The notes under the pieces: generated by a model | Seen by the model: only the letters and a program-made list of their open reading frames with translations | The model's database searches: none | What the model was told of the DNA's origin: nothing | Virus record (IMG/VR): IMGVR_UViG_3300044723_007907 | Coordinates: 15,657-79,656 of that record | Source: a virus | Lineage: Duplodnaviria > Caudoviricetes | DNA length: 64,000 nt | Direction: 5' to 3' (one strand) | Translations under genes and position numbers: made by a program | In this document: positions 9,301 through 20,300 of the stretch, in pieces | Layout: every line of letters begins with the position of its first letter | Numbering within the stretch: position 1 is the first letter of the stretch

Positions 9301-11833
9301 CTCTGATCCATTTGAATTCAGTAAATCAGGTCAGGTATTGACTAATGGTGTATCTGGTATAGACTCTTATAGAGTATCATTGACAGTTGATGAATTCACT
9401 CCGGAGAGATTTTTGTATGTTGATGAGAATTACCCCAACACTATAGCGTTGGTCATTAACGTTATACCCAAGCCAAAGATTGATAGTCGCCAACCGGATA
9501 CGTTTCATTACATGAACAACGCTAGCTTTTTGACCCCGGATGTGAGGAACAATATTTGGGTATCCTGGGGCAATAGATTTTGCTCTAGATACAACACACT
9601 CAAGAGCAGTATAGACATGACAGTTGCGGTAGGATCTGCATACGATGATCCAAGATACCATCCGCTATCCGCTGCAACACATGACCGACGTGACAACGCT
9701 GGTAGACAGTCGGTCATTGAGGGTATATCCATGGACACAGCTAACAATTTACTGGTGATTAACAATAACGATAAAATAGTGTATGCTATGAATTCAGATC
9801 AACCGACATTGAGTGCGTATGTGAAGCTGACGGAGAATCAACTACCGAGTGAGCATTTTAGCTGGGTAGAGGCGTTGTCTAGTGATCGACAAGCCACACG
9901 AGATGATTTCATGTTATATCCAGATAGTTACATGACCAAGGAACAGATACAGGTGTTCTTGAACAACGTGACCATGTCGCCTGGAACGAGTGCAGAGAAG
10001 ATGCAAGCGTATTTGAACTATCACAACACCATGACATTATCAGGAGGTGATACAATGTTCAGAACAACTCACGGTTCACCTCCCCCTTCCGGTACTCGAT
10101 TTGAGTCAGAGTTATGCGCGATTGGTGATTGGACAGGATTTCGCTGGATAAACAAGTATGACGATCGCCCGGTATCAAGTGACGAGACTACTGGGTATGT
10201 CAGCGTGACGGGAGCTAGTGAAGAGTTTGAGCTCATACCTCAGACCGGAGTGGGAGATGTTGTCAAAATAAATGAAGATGTAGACTTTGCCGGGGTGTTA
10301 CGGTCTTATATGCAACAACCTAGTTTGGTAAACAGTCCACGTTTATATGAAGAGTTACTAAGTGCTGTGTTCGGTACCACATCATCAAGTGTACATTCAC
10401 TGGGTAAGAAAATTTACGAGCGTATAGCAAATTATGTTAATAATTGCTCTGATATAGACACGTGTACCGTTAACGCATTACACGGCTTGGCTGAACTAGT
10501 CAACTATAAATTGACCGGTACGGGGTACACTTTTCCGGCGGAGATGCAGCGCTTGATAGACTTGTTGTCTATAAGTTTCTCACGCTTGAAAGGCACCACA
10601 GTAACAGAGGAGTTAGATTTTGAAAAATTCGGGAACTGGACTCAGCAAGTCGCAGGAGTGAATCTAGGTCCAGAGTTGATGTTTGTGTTGGATTGGGATC
10701 CAAACCATGGATATTCGACTGGTGACTATGTCAAGTACGGTAAGCGTTATTATGAGTGTCTGAACAGTCCGGAGAGAAACTTGAAGCCATCTCTGAGCCC
10801 GGAATTTTGGAGATGGCACCCAGATGGGATCATCCGGGCGATCACACCTGAGAGAGCATTGCATGTGTATAACAAGATGTCATCAGAAAAACAATCCGAA
10901 TATAATGGTTTTGATGATTTTTATGCAAGAGAAATACCCATAAGACTGAAGCTCATACAGAATTTAAATTTATCTGTAGATCAGAAGATTGTGTTACATG
11001 AAGAGCATACAGGTAATTACAGCCTAGTACAAGGCAGAACAATTCGGTTAGAGGATGGCCGGTTGTACAAACTGAAGCTAGTTGATGATGAATATTTATC
11101 CGTACTGACACCAAACCGATCCAGACCATTGTCGCCAGAACACGTGAGCACAATTGAGGAATACCAGCCACTGTATACTCAACAAGACAATGGTGTAATA
11201 ACTGTGATAGGAACACAACAAAACAGAAACATGACCATAGTGTTGTTCCGTAATCGAACATACAGATTTGAAGTTGAAAGTATCGGTCACCCGATAATAA
11301 TCACAGACGCCCCGGGCTTGAGCGCAGAGCCTTCTATACATGTGGCGGATCAAAATGTTGAATACGGTAAAATAATTATAAAAACAGACGACGATCCAAT
11401 ACGTGGTCCGTTGCCAGAGAAATTATATTATCAGAGTGTCAATGATGAGTCAATATCTGGAACGATTTTAATCAAGGATGTTGACAACACAATTGGATAT
11501 TCCACACAATATGACGGTTTAACATCATACGCATTAAACTTGTCAGTGAGCTCACATGAAGATTTGGATCGGTTGGGTTGGGGCATGAGCTTCCCAGAAA
11601 ATGGAAATGCATGGCAGTTTTATAGTGTGTTTGAGTATGTTGAACCTACACCAGAACAATTAACTTACAGGAACAATATAATAGATTGGAATAGCCCACA
11701 GACAACCATTGATATAGACACTACGTTTGATGAGTGGTTTGAGTATCAGGGAGTTGCGCATGTGATGATAGAAAAAACATTAAGGGACGGTCTAGGGTTG
11801 TTGGATGGTATTGAATCTATAAATAATCAATAA
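6350..11833 (+). CDS. Giant multidomain baseplate/virion protein (possible gp7 equivalent) with PKD, propeller-like and CBM5/12-like segments
   Basis: PKD-like WDMGDG...HYPYPGEYDV; repeated GVAVD/VSLD/LCVD blades; DIDTC..NALHGLA wedge-like motif; WDPNHGYSTGDYVKYGKRYYEC. Confidence 0.6.
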   Translation: MATYEQLVGSSFTDVVVPFRSDNSLGSIDTCTTLLTGYTLPDTEFTFTAELSALENTYIGASMDKLIWDMGDGTYHTGVSVTKHYPYPGEYDVTTIFTDQNGVTHKNRLTQKIRVMNYIPDSLVWYTPTIADPFGGQPERVVCGSPSNDLSIYRMNSWQSWHMVSGDGGYFINLYATGSKSRPLTKKQYGSNPDTHFIPSWRFIQGKESRKPIERVQTANEFIYVKREGTDLVRASSEDSTAIFAGTSGHTTVNYIDDNPNRLTSARSTQLSNNVAAATQANTNISEEEAVLANLGSEDRDIILYASFDTSKFPVVPGDTEIAKFELMKSNYFQVYETQKVGLPMQVKFNNPRQLSITSTGIHEPGFFLTGKKFFNSPQPLAVRTMDLSGNTINTDEIVPLSSRWYAPTESFSGGDITTDVLTAQGFVTMYLSGNDSTFEQIKSPYKSDEDFKVWDIGSIVAKNESNKQVRVWLADRKTLEPLTFVVDETPRNKMVSVLYSEIVPEQQETLKTTTLSDHLYPHGRPRDWTTRSGEQYFGYLTTTSNFDDTQSINMQLEPADTTFETPGSWLTFANLEQPDLKYNYDKTKYRFYAHTLIKPPETFTYDVAYYYITNPSNDRLWQIKPVFHREYSYGDDGFTQSYTPPVSTLTPGSSGLYGVAVDHYGDVIAVDGDTDQIIRYWRNGTNRSDVSLSDILPDEITENHWPKDPDAYGYTPSSVSLDGKMDYWVTLYDTVSTVKFDGTTNLPIAYAVPPVVNFLADSRTTQPSSHWTIEPEYQMNIVNGRPGEYGESIINPSVVETCKNNDIVVTYTNPLCSFIARYDSNGNFLHKFEFPGEDRYFTGDLCVDVSDHVWAITEGTGLTYDGQPDDQVISMLYSFDESLSLRFVVSSLEGTDFQDMLKPAPPRHEEITIVVNMEQKYDFGRQEFYETAILIDGLGAETNPQITLYEGNTYHFENQYYNNGKHNLRFQYMLDENLTLPLSSDPFEFSKSGQVLTNGVSGIDSYRVSLTVDEFTPERFLYVDENYPNTIALVINVIPKPKIDSRQPDTFHYMNNASFLTPDVRNNIWVSWGNRFCSRYNTLKSSIDMTVAVGSAYDDPRYHPLSAATHDRRDNAGRQSVIEGISMDTANNLLVINNNDKIVYAMNSDQPTLSAYVKLTENQLPSEHFSWVEALSSDRQATRDDFMLYPDSYMTKEQIQVFLNNVTMSPGTSAEKMQAYLNYHNTMTLSGGDTMFRTTHGSPPPSGTRFESELCAIGDWTGFRWINKYDDRPVSSDETTGYVSVTGASEEFELIPQTGVGDVVKINEDVDFAGVLRSYMQQPSLVNSPRLYEELLSAVFGTTSSSVHSLGKKIYERIANYVNNCSDIDTCTVNALHGLAELVNYKLTGTGYTFPAEMQRLIDLLSISFSRLKGTTVTEELDFEKFGNWTQQVAGVNLGPELMFVLDWDPNHGYSTGDYVKYGKRYYECLNSPERNLKPSLSPEFWRWHPDGIIRAITPERALHVYNKMSSEKQSEYNGFDDFYAREIPIRLKLIQNLNLSVDQKIVLHEEHTGNYSLVQGRTIRLEDGRLYKLKLVDDEYLSVLTPNRSRPLSPEHVSTIEEYQPLYTQQDNGVITVIGTQQNRNMTIVLFRNRTYRFEVESIGHPIIITDAPGLSAEPSIHVADQNVEYGKIIIKTDDDPIRGPLPEKLYYQSVNDESISGTILIKDVDNTIGYSTQYDGLTSYALNLSVSSHEDLDRLGWGMSFPENGNAWQFYSVFEYVEPTPEQLTYRNNIIDWNSPQTTIDIDTTFDEWFEYQGVAHVMIEKTLRDGLGLLDGIESINNQ

Positions 11834-14800
11834 TGTCATACGATCTAACAGCGTTATCAAAATATATACCTGACGGTAGTGTGATTGTTTCTGGATCCGG
11901 AGATGACAGCACAACACCGTATAGTTATAGTGAATGGCTAGCTCAATCCAAAGGCACAACCGATACAACAAAAGACAGAACAATTGAGTACAACAAATAT
12001 ATAAAAGCTTGGAATAGTTATACCACAGATAAAAAGACTCCATATCAAAGAAAAGAGAGATACAAACTGTTGATTAAAAATATAGCATTAAACTACACAA
12101 CAACAGAAGAGAAGCGATTTTTAACCAACATAGACTATAACAACACTCGGCACGTAGCGGCAGCGACAACATTCTTCGCTGAGAAGATCAAAGAACTAGC
12201 GTTATATTATGCGGATGCAAGGCAAAGCATAAGACAAGCAAGTACTCGGAGTGGAGCAACTGGTTCGATAGAAACTATTGAACGGTTAATATACAACAAA
12301 ATACCAGAAGTTTTGTCAGCGCGATTGGTTCTAGGAGATCAAATACTAACCAACATCACAGGTACCAATAAAAATGTCGTGAGTATCGAACAACTATATC
12401 AAATTGATGAGGATATCGATAGCTTTTTACCGGTTGAATACGATCCAGATATATTTACTGATATACAATCAGCAGTTGAGAATTTGTTGAGTGAATGTTT
12501 ACCAGTGTTAGAATTGACGGATGATATATTACTAACAATATCAAGCACTCCAGAGATAACTGATCAAAATATCTCATTATTAAATTACGAAAATTTTTCA
12601 AATTATCAAAAATCAGAAAATAATTTAAACTTATATAATTTGAAGGAGTTTGTACCTCAATTGATTGGAGCGGACATGTTCCTGTTGTCAGGTGGTGATG
12701 TAACGGAATTATACTCCGGGGTGAATAAATGGAGAGATTTTTATAACAGAAATCAACCGGTGATTCAAACACAGTATGAAGGTATGAATCTAAAGACATC
12801 AGGGCAATTGGGTAATATATTCACACCTTCTAATATTGGCATGTTGACATATTACAGTCATCAACCAAAAATATCGAACATCAAGCAACAAGATGAGATC
12901 GCGATTGTACCCGATCCGAACAAGTACGGCACGAGAAATCTGATCACACACGCTGAGGATGTGACGTGGTTGAAGGCCACCGCGGCAAATGATGCTCTAG
13001 CTGGTGATATTGTGGATGCCAGTCGAATGCCTAGATTTTACTCTTACCGGTCCGAAGGTGAATCAAGCTTACATAGCTTCAGTGGTATGAGTAGACCTTA
13101 TGACCCAACCGGGTTTTTTAGTGGTTATCAAAATGAAGATTGGTCAAATAGTGATGTGTTCAGCCGACCGGCAGCCAATATTTATGACATTGATAGTCGA
13201 CAAGAGACATTATTGACTGGTCACAACAGAATGACCAGGTGGGTTTCTGATATTTTCGGTAATCAGTATGCTGTGTATAAATCTAGCCCACCCAAACCGC
13301 CACGTGTATTTGCATTTGGGGAGTCAGAGGATGATTTCGTGACAAACAGTACATGTCAAATAATTGATGGTGGTGACACTTTGAAGAGAAGGTCTCGCTT
13401 GTGGGATGAAGGTGTATCATACAAAATATATGAAGGTGGTCGCAGATGGGATGTTGATCCCAAAGTTGAACAACAGATAAATATGACTCTGTTTGAAGAT
13501 TTGAGACAAACAGTCAAGGTGCGAAAACCAGACGGTTCCTTCGAGAGTGTACTAGAAGAACACAATTCATGGGATTATCAACCCAATGATGAGAGAACAG
13601 AGCTTGTGTTAAAAAGAATAACATACCATGGATTCAAGAAAAGAGGCATGGAGCCTGTATATGATTCCCAGGCATATGGTGGTTTGTTCACTGATATAAC
13701 ATGCGGGCAAATAGATCCAGCGTCACGTGGATGTGTGATCCGAGATAACTATGCGTTCGGAACATTTAGTGATGGCTTGACATCACTAGACGGTGTTGAG
13801 TATTTTATCTCCGGCACAACACCACTAACAGCAACCACTGATGCATTTGAAGAGTATTTCAACACCGGTTATGGTGATCAATTGTTGTTTGATGATACTC
13901 CAACTCTGTCCGGAACAGAAGTGCTGGTAAACGAGAACGTCGACGGAGGGCTGTTCTCCGATGAGAGTTGCTTCGATGGTGAAACTGCTCAATATACATT
14001 CGAGGTTGAGAATACTGCAGAGTATTACAATCGTGTGTTAAATATAAGCAAAACGCAACTCACAGAGATTGATTATGATGAGCAACAAGAGCGAACACAA
14101 TATTCACTACAAAATCAATCTGGTACAGTATATTTTAGATCATATAATGATGCTGTAGTAAAGCCGTTGCATGAAATTTTGACGGAATTACAAATAAACA
14201 CTGGAGAATCTGTTAACACTGATCGTGTTCGTTTGATACAACAAGTGCGTGAAGGTAAGATAATTGACATGAATATGTATTATGATGTGCTTTACATACA
14301 GACGGAAAATTATGTTTATGTTGAGAAGATTCGATTTGATGATATAACAGGTGTTTTGTTGAAAAGTGATTATGAGAGTGTTTTGTTGAGATCTGACTCT
14401 AGTTCGCGTGACATGTTCATCAAACCATTTTATAATAATGACACACATGAGCTAATGATAGGTCAAACATTCACATCAACAGTCGATGAAAAGATATTCG
14501 TACACCCATATGTGTATATGATCGAGTTGAATATGATGTCAGTTAAACAAATACTACCAAGTGACGACACGACACTAGATGAATATCAACTATCTGATGA
14601 TCTCACCAATTTCCAGGTTGAAAAGATAGACACACCTATACTATGCTACAACAGAACAATAGATCTTTACACGTTGTCATATTCTTGTAAGTTGTCTGGT
14701 GCGGAGGATGTTTGCTATGGATTTTGTATTAGTGATTTTGAAAAATCTTCCACTGGATATAAAGTTATAGACTTGACAATGAATCACACAACAATCGTCA

Positions 14801-15549
14801 AACGCAGGACATCCAACCGGAAGCCATGGGAAAATAAGGTCCTGTCCAAGAGTATACGTTTCAATCCAGATGAAATATCAGCACCTACGGATAATGATAA
14901 AACATACACACTCAGTTTGAGCTCCATAATACAACAAGTGTTTGATGGGTATCAATTGGATCTAACCTTTGTAAACGGTACATTGCCTGTAGATTCTGAC
15001 GGACCTAAAATAAATCAAATTATATATGATCCAGGTGATGGATCTGATAATGTATATTTGACAAGATTGATTGAAACCGGATTTGAACCGATCGATTTCG
15101 AGATTGGTGATCTTCCAGATCAGAGTGATCTGCATGATCCGAGAAGGTACGACACCCAACACCAGTACGTTTTTACTGACAGAGATGTAAGTATATACAC
15201 ACCCTCGTTGACAGCTGTGTACGCGAATCATAAAAAGTTGATATTGAATATGAATTTAGAAGTAGAGCCATATACAATCGAGAGTGGATTTGATGATATA
15301 CGCTTGATAGACACAAAAACATTTACAGACTTGACTGGTCACAGCAAACAACTATTAGTAACTGAAACATTGAATCCGAGATACATATCACACACCGTCA
15401 TAACTAAAAGCAAGTATACAAATGAAAATGTCGTGGGTCTTGTCGATGGTGAGCAGTACAGAGGCAAGTATCATAAAATGTCAGACGGTACATTGATGAC
15501 TGGTGAATTTCATAATCCAGCATCACAGACAATATACGAGACCGCTTGA
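11833..15549 (+). CDS. Large virion structural protein (baseplate region)
   Basis: 1238 aa, translationally coupled (TAATG); PKD-like IYDPGDGS; lies between wedge genes and portal. Confidence 0.6.
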   Translation: MSYDLTALSKYIPDGSVIVSGSGDDSTTPYSYSEWLAQSKGTTDTTKDRTIEYNKYIKAWNSYTTDKKTPYQRKERYKLLIKNIALNYTTTEEKRFLTNIDYNNTRHVAAATTFFAEKIKELALYYADARQSIRQASTRSGATGSIETIERLIYNKIPEVLSARLVLGDQILTNITGTNKNVVSIEQLYQIDEDIDSFLPVEYDPDIFTDIQSAVENLLSECLPVLELTDDILLTISSTPEITDQNISLLNYENFSNYQKSENNLNLYNLKEFVPQLIGADMFLLSGGDVTELYSGVNKWRDFYNRNQPVIQTQYEGMNLKTSGQLGNIFTPSNIGMLTYYSHQPKISNIKQQDEIAIVPDPNKYGTRNLITHAEDVTWLKATAANDALAGDIVDASRMPRFYSYRSEGESSLHSFSGMSRPYDPTGFFSGYQNEDWSNSDVFSRPAANIYDIDSRQETLLTGHNRMTRWVSDIFGNQYAVYKSSPPKPPRVFAFGESEDDFVTNSTCQIIDGGDTLKRRSRLWDEGVSYKIYEGGRRWDVDPKVEQQINMTLFEDLRQTVKVRKPDGSFESVLEEHNSWDYQPNDERTELVLKRITYHGFKKRGMEPVYDSQAYGGLFTDITCGQIDPASRGCVIRDNYAFGTFSDGLTSLDGVEYFISGTTPLTATTDAFEEYFNTGYGDQLLFDDTPTLSGTEVLVNENVDGGLFSDESCFDGETAQYTFEVENTAEYYNRVLNISKTQLTEIDYDEQQERTQYSLQNQSGTVYFRSYNDAVVKPLHEILTELQINTGESVNTDRVRLIQQVREGKIIDMNMYYDVLYIQTENYVYVEKIRFDDITGVLLKSDYESVLLRSDSSSRDMFIKPFYNNDTHELMIGQTFTSTVDEKIFVHPYVYMIELNMMSVKQILPSDDTTLDEYQLSDDLTNFQVEKIDTPILCYNRTIDLYTLSYSCKLSGAEDVCYGFCISDFEKSSTGYKVIDLTMNHTTIVKRRTSNRKPWENKVLSKSIRFNPDEISAPTDNDKTYTLSLSSIIQQVFDGYQLDLTFVNGTLPVDSDGPKINQIIYDPGDGSDNVYLTRLIETGFEPIDFEIGDLPDQSDLHDPRRYDTQHQYVFTDRDVSIYTPSLTAVYANHKKLILNMNLEVEPYTIESGFDDIRLIDTKTFTDLTGHSKQLLVTETLNPRYISHTVITKSKYTNENVVGLVDGEQYRGKYHKMSDGTLMTGEFHNPASQTIYETA

Positions 15550-15582
15550 TCAATTGGTGTGAATAGATAAATATATTTACAA

Positions 15583-17355
15583 ATGGCAAAATACCAACAG
15601 AACACCGGCAAGTCCTCCACATTTGGTAGGAATTTTATGGCATATGTAGCTAGCAAGCTACCTTATAGTCAGACTCATGTAGTTGATAGCATACAATCAC
15701 TCAACCCAAAATTTAAACATTTTTATTCCTCTGGTGGAACCAAACGTGACATAACGCTTGCTAAACATAGTGTGTCACAACAGGTACTGACTTGGGACCA
15801 AGGAGTTGGAGCGGTTGCTGTTGACAAAAATTATCATCAGTTCATGTACGCCAATGCGGACCAAGACAAAGAGAAGCGATTGCAGGATTATAGGGTCATG
15901 GCTGCATATGCGGAGGTTGGGGACGCGTTAGATGAAATATGTGATGATGTGATTCATGTCAATCAAGAGAACGGAAAGGTTGTCAACATCAGTTTTCGAG
16001 ATGCAGATCTAACAGAGTCCGCTAAAACAGAACTCACCAAGGAGTTCGATAAAATAATGAAATATTTTGAATTTGATACCAAAGGTTGGGAGTATTATCG
16101 GAGTTTGCTAGTAGATTCGGAGATATATTTTGAACATATAATTCATGCAGATCATACAGATGAAGGTATTCTTGGGGTGTTGCTCGTGCCAACGGAATTG
16201 ATTGACCCGATATATGATAATGTGCAAAACACGATGATCAAAGGTTATTTGTTCCGTCAACCAGTGATAAATCCAAAGACTCAACAGATAGAAAAATACG
16301 AATATATCCCCTTCGAGAAAAATCAAATCACATACATCAATAGCGGTATATGGAATGAAGATAAAACAATGAGATTACCTTTCATTGAAAGGGCTAGACG
16401 TGCTTACAGACAATTGACAATGATAGAAGACAGTATTGTTGTGTATCGTATGGTACGTGCTCCGGAGAAGCTTGTTTTTAATGTTGATGTAGGTAACATG
16501 CCACCACCAAAAGCTGAAGCATATTTGAAAAAATTGATGCATAATTATTGGAACCGCAAGACATTTGATAATAATCAAGGTGGTCAAGTGAATGCATTTA
16601 ACCCTCAAAGCATGCTCGATAGCTTTTGGTTTGCAAAAAGAGCCGGTAACACGGGCACTGAAGTTACTCAACTTGCCGGAGGGCAAAATTTAGGAGAATT
16701 AACGGATTTGATGTATTTTGTGAAGAAATTGTACAAAGCACTCAAGGTACCTAGTAATAGACTGGAAGCAGAAGCAAGTTATAGTGACGGTACAGAGATA
16801 CTGAGAGAAGAGCTAAAATTTGCTAAATTCATTATTCGACAACATCAGCGATTCGCAGAGGGGCTGAAAAACACATTCATCACACATCTTAAGATGAAAA
16901 AACTTTGGGAAGAATATGGCCTGAAGGAGGATAACGTACAAGTCGAATTCAACCCACCTAGTAGCTTTCATGCTTTGAGAGAGCAACAAATATTTGAGAT
17001 AAAAAGCGGTAATTTCAGTAACATGAGCGCGAATGAGATGATATCCAACACATTTTGTCAGAAAAAGTATCTAGGATGGACGGACAAGGATGTGATGGCT
17101 AATCGTGCTTTTCTGAAGAAAGACAAAGAACTAACATGGGAATTAACTCAAATAGAAAGTCAAGGACCCAATTGGCGGGAGGCTGTTGAAGGCGCCGCCG
17201 GTGGAGATGAGATGGGTGCTGGTGGAATGGGTGATATGGGAGGAGCACTTCCACCACCAGCTGGTGGTGATGTGGGAGCTCCACCGGATTTTGGAGCACC
17301 AGCAGATGTACCAGCAACTGAACCAGCAACTGAACCCCCTCCACCACCGGCATAA
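15583..17355 (+). CDS. gp20: Portal protein, T4 gp20-like
   Basis: LTMIEDSIVVYRMVRAPEKLVFNVDVGNMPPPKAEAYL, GTEVTQLAGGQNLGEL, YFVKKLYKALKVP.NRL, ILREELKFAKFI. Confidence 0.96.
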   Translation: MAKYQQNTGKSSTFGRNFMAYVASKLPYSQTHVVDSIQSLNPKFKHFYSSGGTKRDITLAKHSVSQQVLTWDQGVGAVAVDKNYHQFMYANADQDKEKRLQDYRVMAAYAEVGDALDEICDDVIHVNQENGKVVNISFRDADLTESAKTELTKEFDKIMKYFEFDTKGWEYYRSLLVDSEIYFEHIIHADHTDEGILGVLLVPTELIDPIYDNVQNTMIKGYLFRQPVINPKTQQIEKYEYIPFEKNQITYINSGIWNEDKTMRLPFIERARRAYRQLTMIEDSIVVYRMVRAPEKLVFNVDVGNMPPPKAEAYLKKLMHNYWNRKTFDNNQGGQVNAFNPQSMLDSFWFAKRAGNTGTEVTQLAGGQNLGELTDLMYFVKKLYKALKVPSNRLEAEASYSDGTEILREELKFAKFIIRQHQRFAEGLKNTFITHLKMKKLWEEYGLKEDNVQVEFNPPSSFHALREQQIFEIKSGNFSNMSANEMISNTFCQKKYLGWTDKDVMANRAFLKKDKELTWELTQIESQGPNWREAVEGAAGGDEMGAGGMGDMGGALPPPAGGDVGAPPDFGAPADVPATEPATEPPPPPA

Positions 17356-17393
17356 CAAGATTTTAGCCGGATGATGGCATAAATAATTACAAT

Positions 17394-20300
17394 ATGTCAC
17401 ATCAACATTTACCATCCACATATTTTGATTGGCCTGCACGTCCACATGGGTTGTATTTACATGATGGTGTATACAATGAATACATCAATTATGATTATTA
17501 CGCAGGTGATGAAATACATGAAAACAATGTGGCGTTTCGTGGATCAAGTTACATCTCATTTGATGATACACACACAAGATGGTTGAACAAAACAGATATA
17601 CACATGTATGACACGAGTAGTATCAAATTGTTTGACAGCGGAACGTTCACCATGCACACCTCAGCAAGTCCATTCAGCAGAGGCTTTGTGGTTGATAGTA
17701 TCGGTCGGGTGGGTATTGGTATGGTTCATGAAGAGCCGCATTCCAACGTGATGGAATCACCGAGCTTTGATTTAGATGTAAGAGGTACAGTAGGTATAGA
17801 AGATTTTATATATCATAATGATGATACAGACACATACATGTTGTTTGGAGCGGATGAGACAACACATTATGTCAACTCGATAGGCGATCCAAATCTAGCG
17901 ACCACGACTGATTTTGATGAGATCAATTTTAGAGTCGGTGGAGTTGATATGATTCAGATGCTAGAGGATGACACACAAGATCATATCACGTTCAACAAAC
18001 GTCAGAGTGATGTGGATATCATAACCAGAACCTCGACCAATCAGCATGCATTTGTGATCAGAGGGGATGGTAGTGAGGTTGTGGTAAATGAGGATGGTAA
18101 CAGTGACACTGATTTGCGTGTTGAAAGTGACAAGAGCACCAGAATGTTACATGTGGATAGTTCGAGTGATGCTGTGTATTTACACGGACCAAATGATGAT
18201 AGTGACATACTTGTTGTGTATGGTAACGGTAACGATGGTCTCTCAGGTCACAACTTATTCAACATAAGTCCGACTGAAATAACTTTCAACGCTAGCTCGA
18301 ATGATGTGGATTTCAGAATAGCAGCAGACAATGCTGATCCATCACAAAACACAACAGATATCGGTACAGATGGTGGTAGTCAGACACACTTGACACACAA
18401 TCCAAATTATGCGTTTTTCTTGAATTCAAACAACGGTCGTGTAGGATTAGGAACCAACGTACCAGACACCACATTGCACATCGCTGGTAGCGCACATATT
18501 GAAGGTGATTTGTGGGTGAAAGGCAACGTGAATCAAGTGGACACATTCGTGCACATGACAAGTGCGGTTGACATAACAAACAAAGGCACCGGTCCTGCAC
18601 TAACTGTCAATCAGACTGGTATTCAACCGATAGCCACGTTTAGAGACGATGGTCGCGACATTCTGTATATTGAGGATCTCGGCAATGTAGGGTTTCAAAC
18701 CAACAACCCTCACACCAGTGTGTACATAAATGATCATGACGGCATAAGAATACCTGTTGGTACTACAGCACAACGTCCAGTGAGTGGAGATTATGGTATT
18801 ACTGGAGACAAATACACTGCTGATTTTTCAGCAATGTATGGTACGATCAGATACAATCATGAGTATCAAACATTCGAGGGATTTGGTCCTGGGAACTCTT
18901 GGGGTAGTTTGGGTGGTGTTATTGATATCGATAGAGACACATTCTGGACTGCACTCAATGATATCAGCGGTAGTGATTATCCTGGTGATCCTGATGCGTT
19001 GAGAGCGTTTGTGGGTATTGATAATGACCCGGAAGGGTTAAACGGTCAATTGATGATGACGATCAAAAAAGATTTGACCATCATACACAGCCCGGATGTG
19101 GGTATAGGTACCACAAATCCACAAGGTGAGTTGCATGTGAGAAACATGACAAGTGCTCCTGGTGGAGACCCAGTCAAGTTCATACTTGAAGGACCAGAAC
19201 AAGCGTTTGGTTCATCGTTCCCACAACCCATGGGAATGATAGGCTTCACTTCTAGTGAAAGTGCCATTCACCATGGTGTGGTAGATGTCGCTGGTATACA
19301 TGCTCGTGCCACAAAAGATTTCGACACTGATTCATATGGATCTGAACTCGGGTTTTTCACAACAAATGACTTTGCTAGTAGCTCCACCGAGAAGATCACG
19401 ATAAAACAAGATGGTCGTGTGGGTATCGGTACAACATCACCAGAAGCTAGTTTGCAAGTTCTTCAGTCCACAAGCACTATTGCTGGTACAAATTTAAGCA
19501 ACTCACGGATATTGGCCGGTACCGTCGCAGATGGTATTGGTATTGATAGTAACGAGATTGTCTCTTCCGGATCACCACTGTATATCGGCACATCAAGTAA
19601 TGAGGATGTACACATCAGAACACAAGGAACAACAAGCCGGATAATCATCGATGGTGCCACTGGAGATGTGGGTGTGAATACCAATCCAACAAACAAGCTA
19701 CATGTGTACACCAATGAAAATAAATACGCAGGTTATTTCAGAAATGATCACACCACCGCGGGTGGTGGTATTTTGAGCTTGATGCCAAATGCTGCTGCTA
19801 GTCGTTATGTTGCATATCTAGAGGGCCACACCACGCATTACGGATTGTATGTGAAAGGTGACGGCAAGACCGGCATCGGAACCAACACACCCACTGGCAC
19901 GTTGCACATTGTACCGAGAACCGGTACAAGTTCGAGCTCCACCACTAACACCCCGTTGTATCTGGACACACCAGCCAACACAGTGAGCATGTTCATTGGA
20001 ACAAATTCTGACACAGCTGGTTTTGGAGCCAACAGCTATTCCGGTAACATACGTTTCAATGGAAACAACACCGGTTGGGGAGATTTTGGATATTATCCGA
20101 CAGGTGGTGATAATGGTGAATATGGTCACTTCAGATTTTCGCGAGCCGGCACAAATGTGAACACTACTCCAGACGCAAAAGTTGGTGTGGGCCATCTGTT
20201 TGTGAACAGTCGTGCTGGATTGGGTACCACAACACCACTGGCCAGGTTGGATATACAAGAGAGTCAAAATACATCCCGCGCCACATATTCTGATGCAGTT

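Noticed and set aside
17200-17355. Pro/Gly/Ala-rich portal tail with a short ccagcaactgaa duplication
   Set aside because: Low-complexity tails are common on T4-like portals; no separate function is supported
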